Virus record (IMG/VR): IMGVR_UViG_3300044641_000673
Location: 1 to 56,616 of that record
Source of the DNA: a virus
Taxonomy: Duplodnaviria > Caudoviricetes
Reading direction: 5' to 3' (one strand)
DNA: 56,616 bases
Part shown: piece after piece, positions 9,134-17,761 of the stretch
How the letters are laid out: every line of letters starts with the position of its first letter
Numbering within the stretch: position 1 is the first letter of the stretch
Program-made: the position numbers and the translations under genes
Notes under the pieces: generated by a model
Databases searched by the model: none
The model's input: the letters and a program-made list of their open reading frames with translations, nothing else
What the model was told of the DNA's origin: nothing

Positions 9134-10049
9134 CAATTGCCCATACCCGATGCCGACACCGGAGACTATGTGCTCGATGCCGAGTCTGCTTTATTTCATC
9201 TGGGAGCGAGAGGCTATTCGCCTTGCCCGTGAGAACGGTCACAGCGCCCCGTGGACTAAAGACCCCGTGCTTGACAAATATAAGTTTACCAACATTCACC
9301 GCTGTGACGACCGCGTCTCGCAGTGGATCATTGATAAGTTGATAACCCCGTACCTTGAGCGCTCTGACCTCTGGTTCACCCTGCTGATCGCTCGCCTGAT
9401 CAACTGGCCACCCACGCTACAAGCGCTGATCAACAAGGGTGTCATCCCTTGCACTCCGCAAGAGTTTGACGCTGACATGTTTGAGCACACGCTTGAGCGC
9501 ATCAAGAACGACGGCAAGAAGGTCTACTCCGGCGCGTACATGCTCTACCCGACTAAGATGGAGCCAGGAGGCAACAAGTCTAAGGCGGTGGCAAAATACA
9601 TCATCGGCAGCGCCGTTGAGAACGCTGAGAGCATTGACAACACGCTATGGGAGGCGGGCGAGGCACCGACAATAGAACGCTTTGTGACTGAGTTGAGCAA
9701 GTGCTTCGGCATTAGCACATTCATAGCCGGTCAAGTGGCTGCTGATTTGACTTATGCTCCTGGTCATCTGGACACGGCTGAGGACTTATACAGCTATGCG
9801 CCCGTGGGTCCAGGGAGTTCACGCGGCCTCAACTACTTACTAGGTAAGTCGCCTTACGCCACGTGGAAGCAGAAAGAGTTCAATGCCGAGCTAAGCATCG
9901 TCTTTAGCGAGATTGTTGACAAGTTAGAAATCATAGACATGACGCTGCACGATGTGCAGAACTGCATGTGTGAGTTCAGCAAGTATTGCCGCGCTGTGCT
10001 CAGCGAGGGTAAGCCTAAAACAAATTATCAACCAGAAACGGAGTTCTAA
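9126..10049 (+). CDS. 5-hydroxymethyluridine DNA kinase (5-HMUDK, aGPT-Pplase1 family)
   Basis: FIWEREAIR...PWTKDPVLDKYKFTNIHRCDDRVS, FIAGQVAADL, GPGSSRGL, DVQNCMCEFSKY. Confidence 0.87.
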   Translation: MRDNCPYPMPTPETMCSMPSLLYFIWEREAIRLARENGHSAPWTKDPVLDKYKFTNIHRCDDRVSQWIIDKLITPYLERSDLWFTLLIARLINWPPTLQALINKGVIPCTPQEFDADMFEHTLERIKNDGKKVYSGAYMLYPTKMEPGGNKSKAVAKYIIGSAVENAESIDNTLWEAGEAPTIERFVTELSKCFGISTFIAGQVAADLTYAPGHLDTAEDLYSYAPVGPGSSRGLNYLLGKSPYATWKQKEFNAELSIVFSEIVDKLEIIDMTLHDVQNCMCEFSKYCRAVLSEGKPKTNYQPETEF

Positions 10050-10050
10050 A

Positions 10051-11088
10051 ATGGAGTTAGTCGTACGCAACGTCAATCAGGCTTTCAGTGAGATATTCTG
10101 GAAGCTCAAAGTGCTCAACCTACAACCTGAGCAGACCCGCAATGGTCCCGCAATCGTGTACCCAGAGATGGTGACCACGGTCTATAAGTGTCCGTCTGAG
10201 CGGGTACTGTTTCACAAGGGTCGTGACGCGAACCCTATCTTTCACTTGATGGAGTCGATCTGGATGCTCGCTGGGCGTAACGACGTTGCGTTCTTGCAGC
10301 AGTTCAATAAGCGCATGGTCGAGTTCAGCGACGACGGCAAGACCTTTAACGCCGCCTACGGTCACCGCTGGCGCAAGCATTTCGGTCATGACCAACTTGA
10401 CGATGTCATCAAGATGCTACGCCGCGACCCCAACAGTCGTCAAGCCGTTATTCAAATGTGGGACGATGCTGACTTGAGCAAGAAGACCAAGGACAAGGCA
10501 TGCAATATGCAGGTCATCTTTGATACACGCGGCGGTCGCCTCAACATGACGGTGATCAACCGGTCTAACGATATCTGGTGGGGTGCATACGGCGCTAACG
10601 CTGTGCATTTCAGTTTCTTGCAAGAGTTCATTGCCGCCGCCATAGCGCACAGAATCGGCGTCTACCGTCAAGTGAGTAATAATTTTCACTTGTACACAGA
10701 ACTTTATAACGCGAAGCCTTACTTGGTGTCCCCGCCGGACTCACATGACTATGACCATTACTCTAACGGCTCAGTGCGTCCGCTGCCGATCATGCTGAAT
10801 GGCGAGTACAAGTTGTTCCTGACGGAGTGTGAAATGTTCTGCCATGACCCGTTCAATGAGCGTATACATTATGCTAACCCGTTCTTTGAGCACATCGCCC
10901 GCCCTATGGCTATGATCAGTCGTGTGCGCAAGATTCACGCAGGTGACGGTCGTAGCTACGCCGCTAAGATCCGCGCTGAAGACTGGCGTCGTGCCGCCTT
11001 TGATTGGATTGACCGCCGCGACCACGCTCGCAAAATGAAAGAGGAAGATGACGAGATAAATGAGATGCGGGAGGCACTGCAAAAATAA
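10051..11088 (+). CDS. Thymidylate synthase homolog, probable dUMP hydroxymethylase
   Basis: TRNG, AYGHRWR, DQL, SRQAV, catalytic KACN, NRSND...GAN (Asn at the dUMP-specificity position), NFHLY; next to 5-HMUDK. Confidence 0.85.
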   Translation: MELVVRNVNQAFSEIFWKLKVLNLQPEQTRNGPAIVYPEMVTTVYKCPSERVLFHKGRDANPIFHLMESIWMLAGRNDVAFLQQFNKRMVEFSDDGKTFNAAYGHRWRKHFGHDQLDDVIKMLRRDPNSRQAVIQMWDDADLSKKTKDKACNMQVIFDTRGGRLNMTVINRSNDIWWGAYGANAVHFSFLQEFIAAAIAHRIGVYRQVSNNFHLYTELYNAKPYLVSPPDSHDYDHYSNGSVRPLPIMLNGEYKLFLTECEMFCHDPFNERIHYANPFFEHIARPMAMISRVRKIHAGDGRSYAAKIRAEDWRRAAFDWIDRRDHARKMKEEDDEINEMREALQK

Positions 11089-11147
11089 TTTACTTTCTGT
11101 GAGAAATGTGAGCTATAATTTCTTACATAACTGCTAACTGGAGAACT
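11089..11147 (+). promoter_or_regulatory. Probable promoter (-10 TATAAT at 11114-11119) and variant start-associated repeat
   Basis: TATAAT followed by ATAACTGCTAACTGGAGAACT ahead of the GTG start at 11153. Confidence 0.55.
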
Positions 11148-11152
11148 TTTTT

Positions 11153-11641
11153 GTGAAACATACTCTCGATTTTATTCTGGCTGGAAGCGAAGTGAAGCGG
11201 TATCATACCGTCACCACTCTCGTGTCTGAAACAGTCGGTCATCACTCGCACGGCGTAGCTATGTTGTGCTTGTTGTTTGACCCGATGGCGAGTCGTCAAA
11301 TGCTGATGGCTGCGTTGTTTCACGACCTCGCTGAACATCAGACCGGCGACATCCCCTCCCCCGCTAAGCGTGAGTTCGGCATCGGCGGTAAGGTGGACGA
11401 ATTAGAGCTGCGACTTATGACCGCTGCCGGAATCGTCATGCCTCACCTCTCGCCTGAAGACAAGCGCACTCTCAAACTCGCTGACGTAGCTCAGGGTGCG
11501 CTGTTTTGCGCTCGGGAAATTTCATTGGGTAACAAACGTATGCGCCGCGTATTTGACCGCTACATCAGCTATGCGGAAGAGTTGATTCTGGTCGGTCGCG
11601 AGCGCGAAATCTTCAACATGATTAAGGAATACGCAGCATGA
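11153..11641 (+). CDS. HD-domain deoxynucleotide phosphohydrolase (YfbR/DatZ-like); probably depletes dTMP/dTTP
   Basis: VKRY...ETVGHHS...AALFHDLAE..TGDIPSPAK...LKLAD. Confidence 0.82.
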   Translation: MKHTLDFILAGSEVKRYHTVTTLVSETVGHHSHGVAMLCLLFDPMASRQMLMAALFHDLAEHQTGDIPSPAKREFGIGGKVDELELRLMTAAGIVMPHLSPEDKRTLKLADVAQGALFCAREISLGNKRMRRVFDRYISYAEELILVGREREIFNMIKEYAA

Positions 11642-11910
11642 GCGCGGCTAATCAAAAACAAATAGGCGGTAATCACTACAAGCACGGCGGCGAGGAGCAC
11701 TGGGATCGTGTGAATCGTTTGAACCTGAATTACTTTCAGGCGGCTACTACTAAGTACGTTGAGCGGTGCTACCTCAAAGGTAACCCGATTCAAGACTTAC
11801 AGAAAGCCGTTCATTTCCTTGAGAAGCTGATTGAGATCGAGCAGCGTAAAGCTGATGCGGCTTGCAGTGACGGTGCTGAGCCGACTCGTGGCTATGTTAA
11901 CCAAGACTGA
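11638..11910 (+). CDS. DUF3310 (SaV-like) protein
   Basis: QIGGNHY...KYVER...KG...QDLQKAVHFLEKLIE. Confidence 0.78.
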   Translation: MSAANQKQIGGNHYKHGGEEHWDRVNRLNLNYFQAATTKYVERCYLKGNPIQDLQKAVHFLEKLIEIEQRKADAACSDGAEPTRGYVNQD

Positions 11911-11911
11911 A

Positions 11912-13753
11912 ATGGGCACTTGGGTGTTTGATACTGAAACTCTACCTAACCGCACTTTGTTCTGCGCAAAGAACATTGAGACGGGCGAGTGGTTTGACCT
12001 GTGGCGTCATGATGACGACGCACCGGCTCGCCTTACGCGGTTCGTGCAGCAGTCAGACAGTACATTTATCGGCTTCAACAGCAAATCATTTGACAACGCA
12101 GTTGTGGCGGCGTTCTGCCTCGGCAGGACTGAGATTGAGATCAAGCGCATTGCTGATGACATCATCACGAACCGCCTAGCGCCGTGGAATGCGATGCGTA
12201 AGCATAATTTACGTAGCGTTATTCTTGATGACATTGACTTGATTGAGGTCGCCCCGTCATTCGTAGGTTTGAAAGCCTATGGTGCTCGCATGCACATGCC
12301 TAAGTTGCAGGATATGCCGATCGCTCACGACGACATGATCACCCCTGATCAAGAGCCGATGCTACTTGAGTATTGCCACAACGACGTTGACACAACGGCT
12401 GAGCTGTTGAATCAACTCGAGGGTGAGCTTATGCTGCGCGTTGAGATGAGCCGCCGTTACGGAGCCGACATGCGTAGCAAGTCTGACTCGCAAATGGCTG
12501 AACAGGCTTACATCACCAGCATGGGTCTCAAACGTCAGGATAATGACATCCCTAAGACGGTCAGATATACGCCTCCGGCGTTCCTAAAGTTTATGGATGC
12601 CGAGCTACAGGGGCTGCTTGATCGCGTCTCTGAGCACGTGTTCAACATGAACCCCGTCACTGGGCACGTCAGGCTTCCAGATTTTCTCGGGCTAAAGACG
12701 ATTAAATTCGGCAGCGGCGAATACCAGCTCGGCGTGGGCGGTATTCACAGCGTACATGATAGGCAGGTGTGTCACATCGCTGGTGATGATCACATGTGCG
12801 ACATTGACGCGGCTTCGTTCTACCCGAGTATCATTCTTGAGTGCGGGTTCATACCGGTCGCGTTAGGTAAGCGCTTCGTAGAAGAGTACCGCAAGATCTA
12901 TGAGCGCCGCCTAGAAGCAAAGCGTAACGGCGACAAGATCACCGACGCGACCCTGAAGATTTCATTGAATGGTACGTTCGGCAAACTCGCTAGCCGCTTC
13001 TCGGTGTTGTACTCGCCGGACTTGATGTTGGCGGTCACGCTGACTGGGCAGTTCACCCTGCTCATGTTGATTGAGTGGCTTGAGCGAGCAGGGGCTTTGA
13101 CTTTGTCAGCCAATACTGACGGTATTGCAATTCGTTACACTAAGGAGCAGAAAGAGCTGGTTGAGAAGGTTGTCAACAAATTCAGCGAGGTGTCTGGTTT
13201 CTCATTTGAGTACACACCGTATCGCGCCTTAGCCGTCAAAGATGTCAATAATTACATTGCGGTCAAACCTGATCGCAAATTAAAAGTGAAAGGAATCTAT
13301 GCGCCGTTATCTCTCAAGAAAAACCCAACGGCTCAGGTATCGTCAGATGCTGTGGGAGCATGGCTGGCAGAGGGTACTCCGTTTGAAGACACGATTAGGT
13401 CTGCTCCGTTCACGGACTTTATTAGTGCCCGAAATGTTACCGGCGGCGGTCAGCAGAACGGCGTTTATCTTGGCAAAGTCGTACGGTGGTATCAATCAAC
13501 GGATGCTAGCAATGAGCCTATCAAGTACGCTACGAATGGCAACAAGGTTCCGAAAACCGAAGGCGCTAAGGCATGCATGACCCTGCTTGACAAGGTCACA
13601 CACCCAGCTGATTTAGACTATGACTGGTACAACAAAGAGGCGATAAAAATCGCCATAGCGGTCGGCTGCTCTGAGTATCTCACTCCTGAGCAGATCGCTT
13701 TAGTGGCACCACCACCTAAGAAAACTAGGAAAGTTAAAAATGGAACACGGTAA
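11912..13753 (+). CDS. Family B DNA polymerase with N-terminal 3'-5' exonuclease
   Basis: ExoI FDTE, ExoII GFNSKSFD, ExoIII YCHND; polymerase motifs DAASFYPS, KISLNGTFG, ANTDG, DVNNY, KVKG. Confidence 0.9.
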   Translation: MGTWVFDTETLPNRTLFCAKNIETGEWFDLWRHDDDAPARLTRFVQQSDSTFIGFNSKSFDNAVVAAFCLGRTEIEIKRIADDIITNRLAPWNAMRKHNLRSVILDDIDLIEVAPSFVGLKAYGARMHMPKLQDMPIAHDDMITPDQEPMLLEYCHNDVDTTAELLNQLEGELMLRVEMSRRYGADMRSKSDSQMAEQAYITSMGLKRQDNDIPKTVRYTPPAFLKFMDAELQGLLDRVSEHVFNMNPVTGHVRLPDFLGLKTIKFGSGEYQLGVGGIHSVHDRQVCHIAGDDHMCDIDAASFYPSIILECGFIPVALGKRFVEEYRKIYERRLEAKRNGDKITDATLKISLNGTFGKLASRFSVLYSPDLMLAVTLTGQFTLLMLIEWLERAGALTLSANTDGIAIRYTKEQKELVEKVVNKFSEVSGFSFEYTPYRALAVKDVNNYIAVKPDRKLKVKGIYAPLSLKKNPTAQVSSDAVGAWLAEGTPFEDTIRSAPFTDFISARNVTGGGQQNGVYLGKVVRWYQSTDASNEPIKYATNGNKVPKTEGAKACMTLLDKVTHPADLDYDWYNKEAIKIAIAVGCSEYLTPEQIALVAPPPKKTRKVKNGTR

Positions 13754-14108
13754 TCAACGAACTGTCTACGTAGTACAAGTAGACAATAACAAAGACCTCT
13801 CGGACGCGAAGAAGTACGGCGCGTTGCGTGCGGTCTTCGGTAATCCGCGTAAACCTTACGACACGACAGGCATGATCGCTAAGGCGCGTCGTGTCATGGC
13901 TGAATGGCAAAATGGCGACCACCTGTTGATGGTTGGCGACCCTACGCTGTGTGCAGTTTGCATGGTAGTAGCAAGTGAGCAGGACGACATTATCAATGTG
14001 CTGAGCTGGGATCGTAACTCGTTCTCGTACATGCCTCAGCGTTGGGACTTTGGGCAAATGGGTCTCGACTATGACGATTTTGAAACAGCGGATGACAAAC
14101 CGCTTTAA
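13740..14108 (+). CDS. Small alpha/beta (Rossmann-like) conserved phage protein
   Basis: 122 aa; VYVVQ...AKKYG...GDHLLMVGDP...VLSWDR. Confidence 0.75.
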   Translation: MEHGNQRTVYVVQVDNNKDLSDAKKYGALRAVFGNPRKPYDTTGMIAKARRVMAEWQNGDHLLMVGDPTLCAVCMVVASEQDDIINVLSWDRNSFSYMPQRWDFGQMGLDYDDFETADDKPL

Positions 14109-14127
14109 CCCACGAAAGGAGAAAAAT

Positions 14128-14868
14128 ATGTCAAACTGGCAAGACGCCTTGAGAAAAGGCAAACAGGACGTGCCACCCCGTATTTGTATTTACGGCGGTC
14201 ACGGTATCGGTAAGTCTACCTTGGCTAGCAAGTTCCCAGCGCCGATTTTCATCAGCACTGAGGACGGGCTAGACTCGTTAGACGTTACCAGCTTCCCGCG
14301 TGCAACTAAGGTTGAGGACGTGGTCGAGAACATCAAGACTCTCATCAAAGAGGATCACGAGTTCAAGACCGTCGTAATCGACTCGGTTGATTGGCTCATT
14401 GAGCCGCTCATCGTGAGCAACGTGGAATCTTCACATGACGCTAAAGACCTTGCCTACGGTAAAGGTCAGATGCTCGTTGCTGAGGAGTTCCGCGAGATCC
14501 TGCAAGGGCTGGACGTGCTGCGTGTAAAGCGCCGTATGAACGTCGTGCTGATCGCTCACGCTGCCGTGGTGAAGTTTGAAGACCCGCGTACTGAACCCTA
14601 CGACCGCTTCCAGCCTAAGCTGCCTAACCGCTGCAATGCGCTGCTGCAGGAGTGGGCTGATGTGCTCGCGTTTGCTGCGTTCAAGGTGATCATTCGCAAG
14701 TCTGACTCCGGTTTCAATAACCAGAAAACACGAGGCGTAACGACTGGTGAGCGCTTGCTTCACTTTGTTGAGAACCCCGCGTTCGCTGCTAAGAACCGGT
14801 ACACCTGTCCTGACGATATTGAGATGACAATCGAAAATATCGAAAAACTGATCCCAATCTCTAAATAA
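14128..14868 (+). CDS. Sak4-like AAA_24 ATPase (single-strand annealing/recombination)
   Basis: IYGGHGIGKST, TEDG, VVIDSVDWL, YGKG, LIAH, AKNR; followed by SSB and exonuclease genes. Confidence 0.85.
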   Translation: MSNWQDALRKGKQDVPPRICIYGGHGIGKSTLASKFPAPIFISTEDGLDSLDVTSFPRATKVEDVVENIKTLIKEDHEFKTVVIDSVDWLIEPLIVSNVESSHDAKDLAYGKGQMLVAEEFREILQGLDVLRVKRRMNVVLIAHAAVVKFEDPRTEPYDRFQPKLPNRCNALLQEWADVLAFAAFKVIIRKSDSGFNNQKTRGVTTGERLLHFVENPAFAAKNRYTCPDDIEMTIENIEKLIPISK

Positions 14869-14883
14869 CTTAAGGAAATTATC

Positions 14884-15384
14884 ATGGCTAAATTTGGCTT
14901 TGACGTCTCTGACGTCACCCCTGACACCGGTGCTACCGGTGGTTCGTATGATCCCATCCCTGATGGCGAGTACGTGTTGAAAGCACTTGACGCTGAGGAG
15001 AAAGCGACAAGCGCCGGTACGGGTTCTTACATCAAAGTGAAGTTTGAAGTTGTCAAGGGTGAGTACACCGGTCGCTTGATCTGGCAAAACTTCAACATCA
15101 ACAATCCTAGCGAAAAGGCTCAGCGGATTGGTCGTCAACAGATGGTGGCATGGGCTACTGCGTGCGGTAAGCCTGACGCAGACGACACTGACAAGCTGCT
15201 TGATAAGCCGTTCAGCGCAGCGGTGAGTATTGAGAAGGGCACTGGTGGTTATTCTGACAGCAATCGCATCAAAGCATTCTTGTTCAATCAGGAAGCCGCG
15301 CCAGCTAAGGCAGCGCCTAAGCCAGCCGCTAAACCTGCTCCCGCAGCAGCCCCCGCTAGCAAGTCCGCTAACCCTTGGGATTGA
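14884..15384 (+). CDS. ssDNA-binding protein (DUF669-like)
   Basis: YDPIPDGEY...GRLIWQNFN...N.IK; Ala/Pro linker and acidic-aromatic C-terminus (NPWD). Confidence 0.8.
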   Translation: MAKFGFDVSDVTPDTGATGGSYDPIPDGEYVLKALDAEEKATSAGTGSYIKVKFEVVKGEYTGRLIWQNFNINNPSEKAQRIGRQQMVAWATACGKPDADDTDKLLDKPFSAAVSIEKGTGGYSDSNRIKAFLFNQEAAPAKAAPKPAAKPAPAAAPASKSANPWD

Positions 15385-15387
15385 GCC

Positions 15388-16224
15388 ATGGTAGCCATAC
15401 CGCCTAGACCAGAGCAGCAGATCATTAACAGGGTCTACGCTGCTATTGAGAAAGAGAAGTCGTCAACCGACTTCTATCTCGGGCGGCTTGGCTCGTCTTT
15501 CATAGGCGAAGAATGCATACGACAGGTCTGGCTTGACTGGCGCGGGTTTGCCCGTGAAGGTTTTGAAGGACGTATGCTTCGCCTGTTTGAGACGGGACAC
15601 TTGCAGGAGGAGCGGATCGTAGCTGATCTGCGCCGCGCAGGGTTTGCCGTCTGGGATAAACAGGAAGACGGTCGTCAGTTTGAGTTCACAGATGAAACTG
15701 GCCACTTTATAACTAAGGTGGACGGGGTCATCAAAGATGTGCCAGATTGCGACACACCTCACGTGCTCGAGGTCAAGACACACAACAAGAACAGCTTCAG
15801 CGGCGTCGCTAAGAAGGGTATCCAAGAGTCTAAACCGCTGCATTACGCTCAGGTTCAGATTAGCATGGCGTTGGGCGGGTTTACCCGCGCCCTTTACGTC
15901 GCGGTCTGCAAAGACGATGAGCAGTTCTACGTTGAGCGTGTCAAAGAAGACAAAGAGACACAGAAGAAGTTGAAGCAGAAAATCATTAAGCTGACTGAGA
16001 CGCGTCTGCGCCCTGCCGGTATTAGTGACGACGGTAGCAGCTTCGGGTGTAAGTTTTGTAGCATGAAGGCGGTCTGTGTTCGTGAGGCTGAACCCTTACG
16101 CCACTGCCGCACATGCGCTATGGCCACTCCGACCCCAGCAGGGACTTGGACGTGTGAACTCAACAAGGTAACTCTCAGTATGGACGCTCAGCGTGCGGGC
16201 TGTGAGAATTACGAGGCTTTATGA
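15388..16224 (+). CDS. Cas4-like PD-(D/E)xK exonuclease with Fe-S cysteines
   Basis: LGSSFIGEEC, GHLQE, VDG...LEVKT, HYAQVQ, CKFC...C, extra CRTC...C...C. Confidence 0.82.
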   Translation: MVAIPPRPEQQIINRVYAAIEKEKSSTDFYLGRLGSSFIGEECIRQVWLDWRGFAREGFEGRMLRLFETGHLQEERIVADLRRAGFAVWDKQEDGRQFEFTDETGHFITKVDGVIKDVPDCDTPHVLEVKTHNKNSFSGVAKKGIQESKPLHYAQVQISMALGGFTRALYVAVCKDDEQFYVERVKEDKETQKKLKQKIIKLTETRLRPAGISDDGSSFGCKFCSMKAVCVREAEPLRHCRTCAMATPTPAGTWTCELNKVTLSMDAQRAGCENYEAL

Positions 16225-16697
16225 TTACAATCGGTATTGATCCAGGACTCAGCGGCGCTATTGGCGTTCTTCGTGACGGCGCTTTTGTAGCCGTGGAAGA
16301 TATGCCGATTGTAGCTAAAGGCTCAGGAGCTGTGAAGAATGAAGTCGACCCCGCTGGGTTGATCACCCTGCTCAGGAAGCACGCCCCCGCTGAGGAGGCG
16401 GTATGCGTTGCGCTTGAGCGGGTGAACGCCATGCCTGGACAGGGGTCGTCTTCTATCTTTAGCCTCGGGGACAGTTTCGGCTCTGCCCGAGCTTCTATTG
16501 CAGGATGTCGGTTTGAGACAGTTTACATGACCCCGTCGCAGTGGAAGAAACATTTCAAACTGACTAGCGACAAAGAAATGAGCAGGGCGCTCGCGATTCG
16601 CATGTTCCCTGAAGCGCCGATGAACTTGAAGAAACACTCTGATCGCGCAGAGGCATTGCTCATGGCTCGCTGGCTTTACGAGACGAGGTACAAATGA
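16221..16697 (+). CDS. RuvC-like Holliday junction resolvase
   Basis: IGIDPGLSGA, ALERV, PSQWKK, DRAEALL. Confidence 0.87.
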   Translation: MITIGIDPGLSGAIGVLRDGAFVAVEDMPIVAKGSGAVKNEVDPAGLITLLRKHAPAEEAVCVALERVNAMPGQGSSSIFSLGDSFGSARASIAGCRFETVYMTPSQWKKHFKLTSDKEMSRALAIRMFPEAPMNLKKHSDRAEALLMARWLYETRYK

Positions 16698-16933
16698 TTG
16701 AAACCCACATTAGAGGGATACCTTGCAAGGTTGAAATGACCGCAGGGTATTATCAAAAACCAGACTATGACAATTGGGTTAGCGACTGGGATCACTACGG
16801 CGGTTGGTTTGACGTTGAGTTTGAGGTTTATGACCGTAAAGGTTACAAAGCAAAATGGCTTGAGAAAAAGATGACCGCTGAAGATGAGAAACGAATCATC
16901 AACGAATTAACTGAAAAAGCAGGAGAACATTAA
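16694..16933 (+). CDS. Hypothetical protein
   Basis: 79 aa, translationally coupled. Confidence 0.72.
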   Translation: MIETHIRGIPCKVEMTAGYYQKPDYDNWVSDWDHYGGWFDVEFEVYDRKGYKAKWLEKKMTAEDEKRIINELTEKAGEH

Positions 16934-17115
16934 TGGAAACTTTTGAACCCGCATGCCCTTGGCATATTCAAGTCGGTGATTTATTCATCGCTCCTGGTCG
17001 CGTGCCTAACACGGGTACGGTTTGGATTGGTGAAGTAGAAAGCGGCGAAGGCGGCGAATTTAAGACTGAAGACCTCGCCAAAGTATTACGCACGTTTTAC
17101 AACAAAAACTTTTGA
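16933..17115 (+). CDS. Hypothetical protein
   Basis: 60 aa, TAATG coupling, SD aggag. Confidence 0.68.
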   Translation: METFEPACPWHIQVGDLFIAPGRVPNTGTVWIGEVESGEGGEFKTEDLAKVLRTFYNKNF

Positions 17116-17522
17116 TGGCTAAAATAACCCCTACAAGGGTCAAGAAGCAGGTCGGTCTAAACCCGATTGCTAAGCTGGTAGCACGTGAAAACATGCGCAA
17201 GGCTATTCTTGATCAAAAGATCCAGCTCTACATGCGATCCGAGGGTGAACCTTGTGATGATTTCTGCGTGCCGATGTGGATGATGTTCCGCGCATTAATC
17301 AATGCGGCGGGAGCCGATCCGAAAGTAGGGGTTGACACCTATGAAGTCAAAATCATTCGCGGGGCACTCTCCGCGCTTGAGCAAATGATAACTGATAACA
17401 AATACCGCCGCGTAAATATTATTTCACTTGAGACAGCGCTTGACTGCGCTTACGCACTGACTAACAAAGTTAACTCAGTGTTGTTCAATCAAGAGTGGAA
17501 TAGGCTCGCGGGCGGTATGTAA
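17112..17522 (+). CDS. Hypothetical protein
   Basis: 136 aa, coupled. Confidence 0.7.
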   Translation: MMAKITPTRVKKQVGLNPIAKLVARENMRKAILDQKIQLYMRSEGEPCDDFCVPMWMMFRALINAAGADPKVGVDTYEVKIIRGALSALEQMITDNKYRRVNIISLETALDCAYALTNKVNSVLFNQEWNRLAGGM

Positions 17523-17722
17523 TGCCGTGGGCGTATATTCGCTCACTGCTGGGACCAGGATTGCATTGGGACAGAACTCAACCGGAGTTATTGGCAGCGA
17601 TAGCTCAAGCTGACAAAGACGGTCAGTCTGATGCAGCTGATCATATCCGCATCATACTCAGGCTACGTAACCGCGTGCTCATGGACGTTGAGCAAAAAGA
17701 AACCCCGCCGGAGCGGGGTTAA
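17522..17722 (+). CDS. Hypothetical protein, last gene of the plus-strand arm
   Basis: 66 aa, TAATG coupling. Confidence 0.6.
   Translation: MPWAYIRSLLGPGLHWDRTQPELLAAIAQADKDGQSDAADHIRIILRLRNRVLMDVEQKETPPERG
17693..17720 (-). terminator. Intrinsic terminator ending the late (minus-strand) transcript
   Basis: Minus strand AACCCCGC-TCCG-GCGGGGTT followed by TCTTTTT, at the convergence of the two arms. Confidence 0.8.
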
Positions 17723-17761
17723 AAGTGGCAACTGCTCTTTGAGGAGACAGCGAAGTGAATT

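Noticed and set aside
10051-11088. Ordinary thyA or dCMP hydroxymethylase
   Set aside because: Asn at the specificity position indicates dUMP, and the adjacent 5-HMUDK and AADT require 5hmdU
11153-11910. Z-genome (2-aminoadenine) pathway suggested by a DatZ-like HD enzyme
   Set aside because: No PurZ/PurA homolog in the genome; the neighbouring genes point to thymidine modification
14431-15138. Long antisense ORFs in the track (e.g. 14431-15138, 8700-9299, 17631-18188, 25439-25957, 43482-43985)
   Set aside because: They shadow well-supported genes on the opposite strand and show no motifs or RBS
15388-16224. Cas4 as part of a CRISPR-Cas system
   Set aside because: No cas1, cas2 or array; it sits in a Sak4-SSB-exonuclease-RuvC recombination module
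17723-17760. Possible small structured RNA before the late terminator
   Set aside because: Only short, ambiguous pairing is visible; it cannot be supported without covariation data
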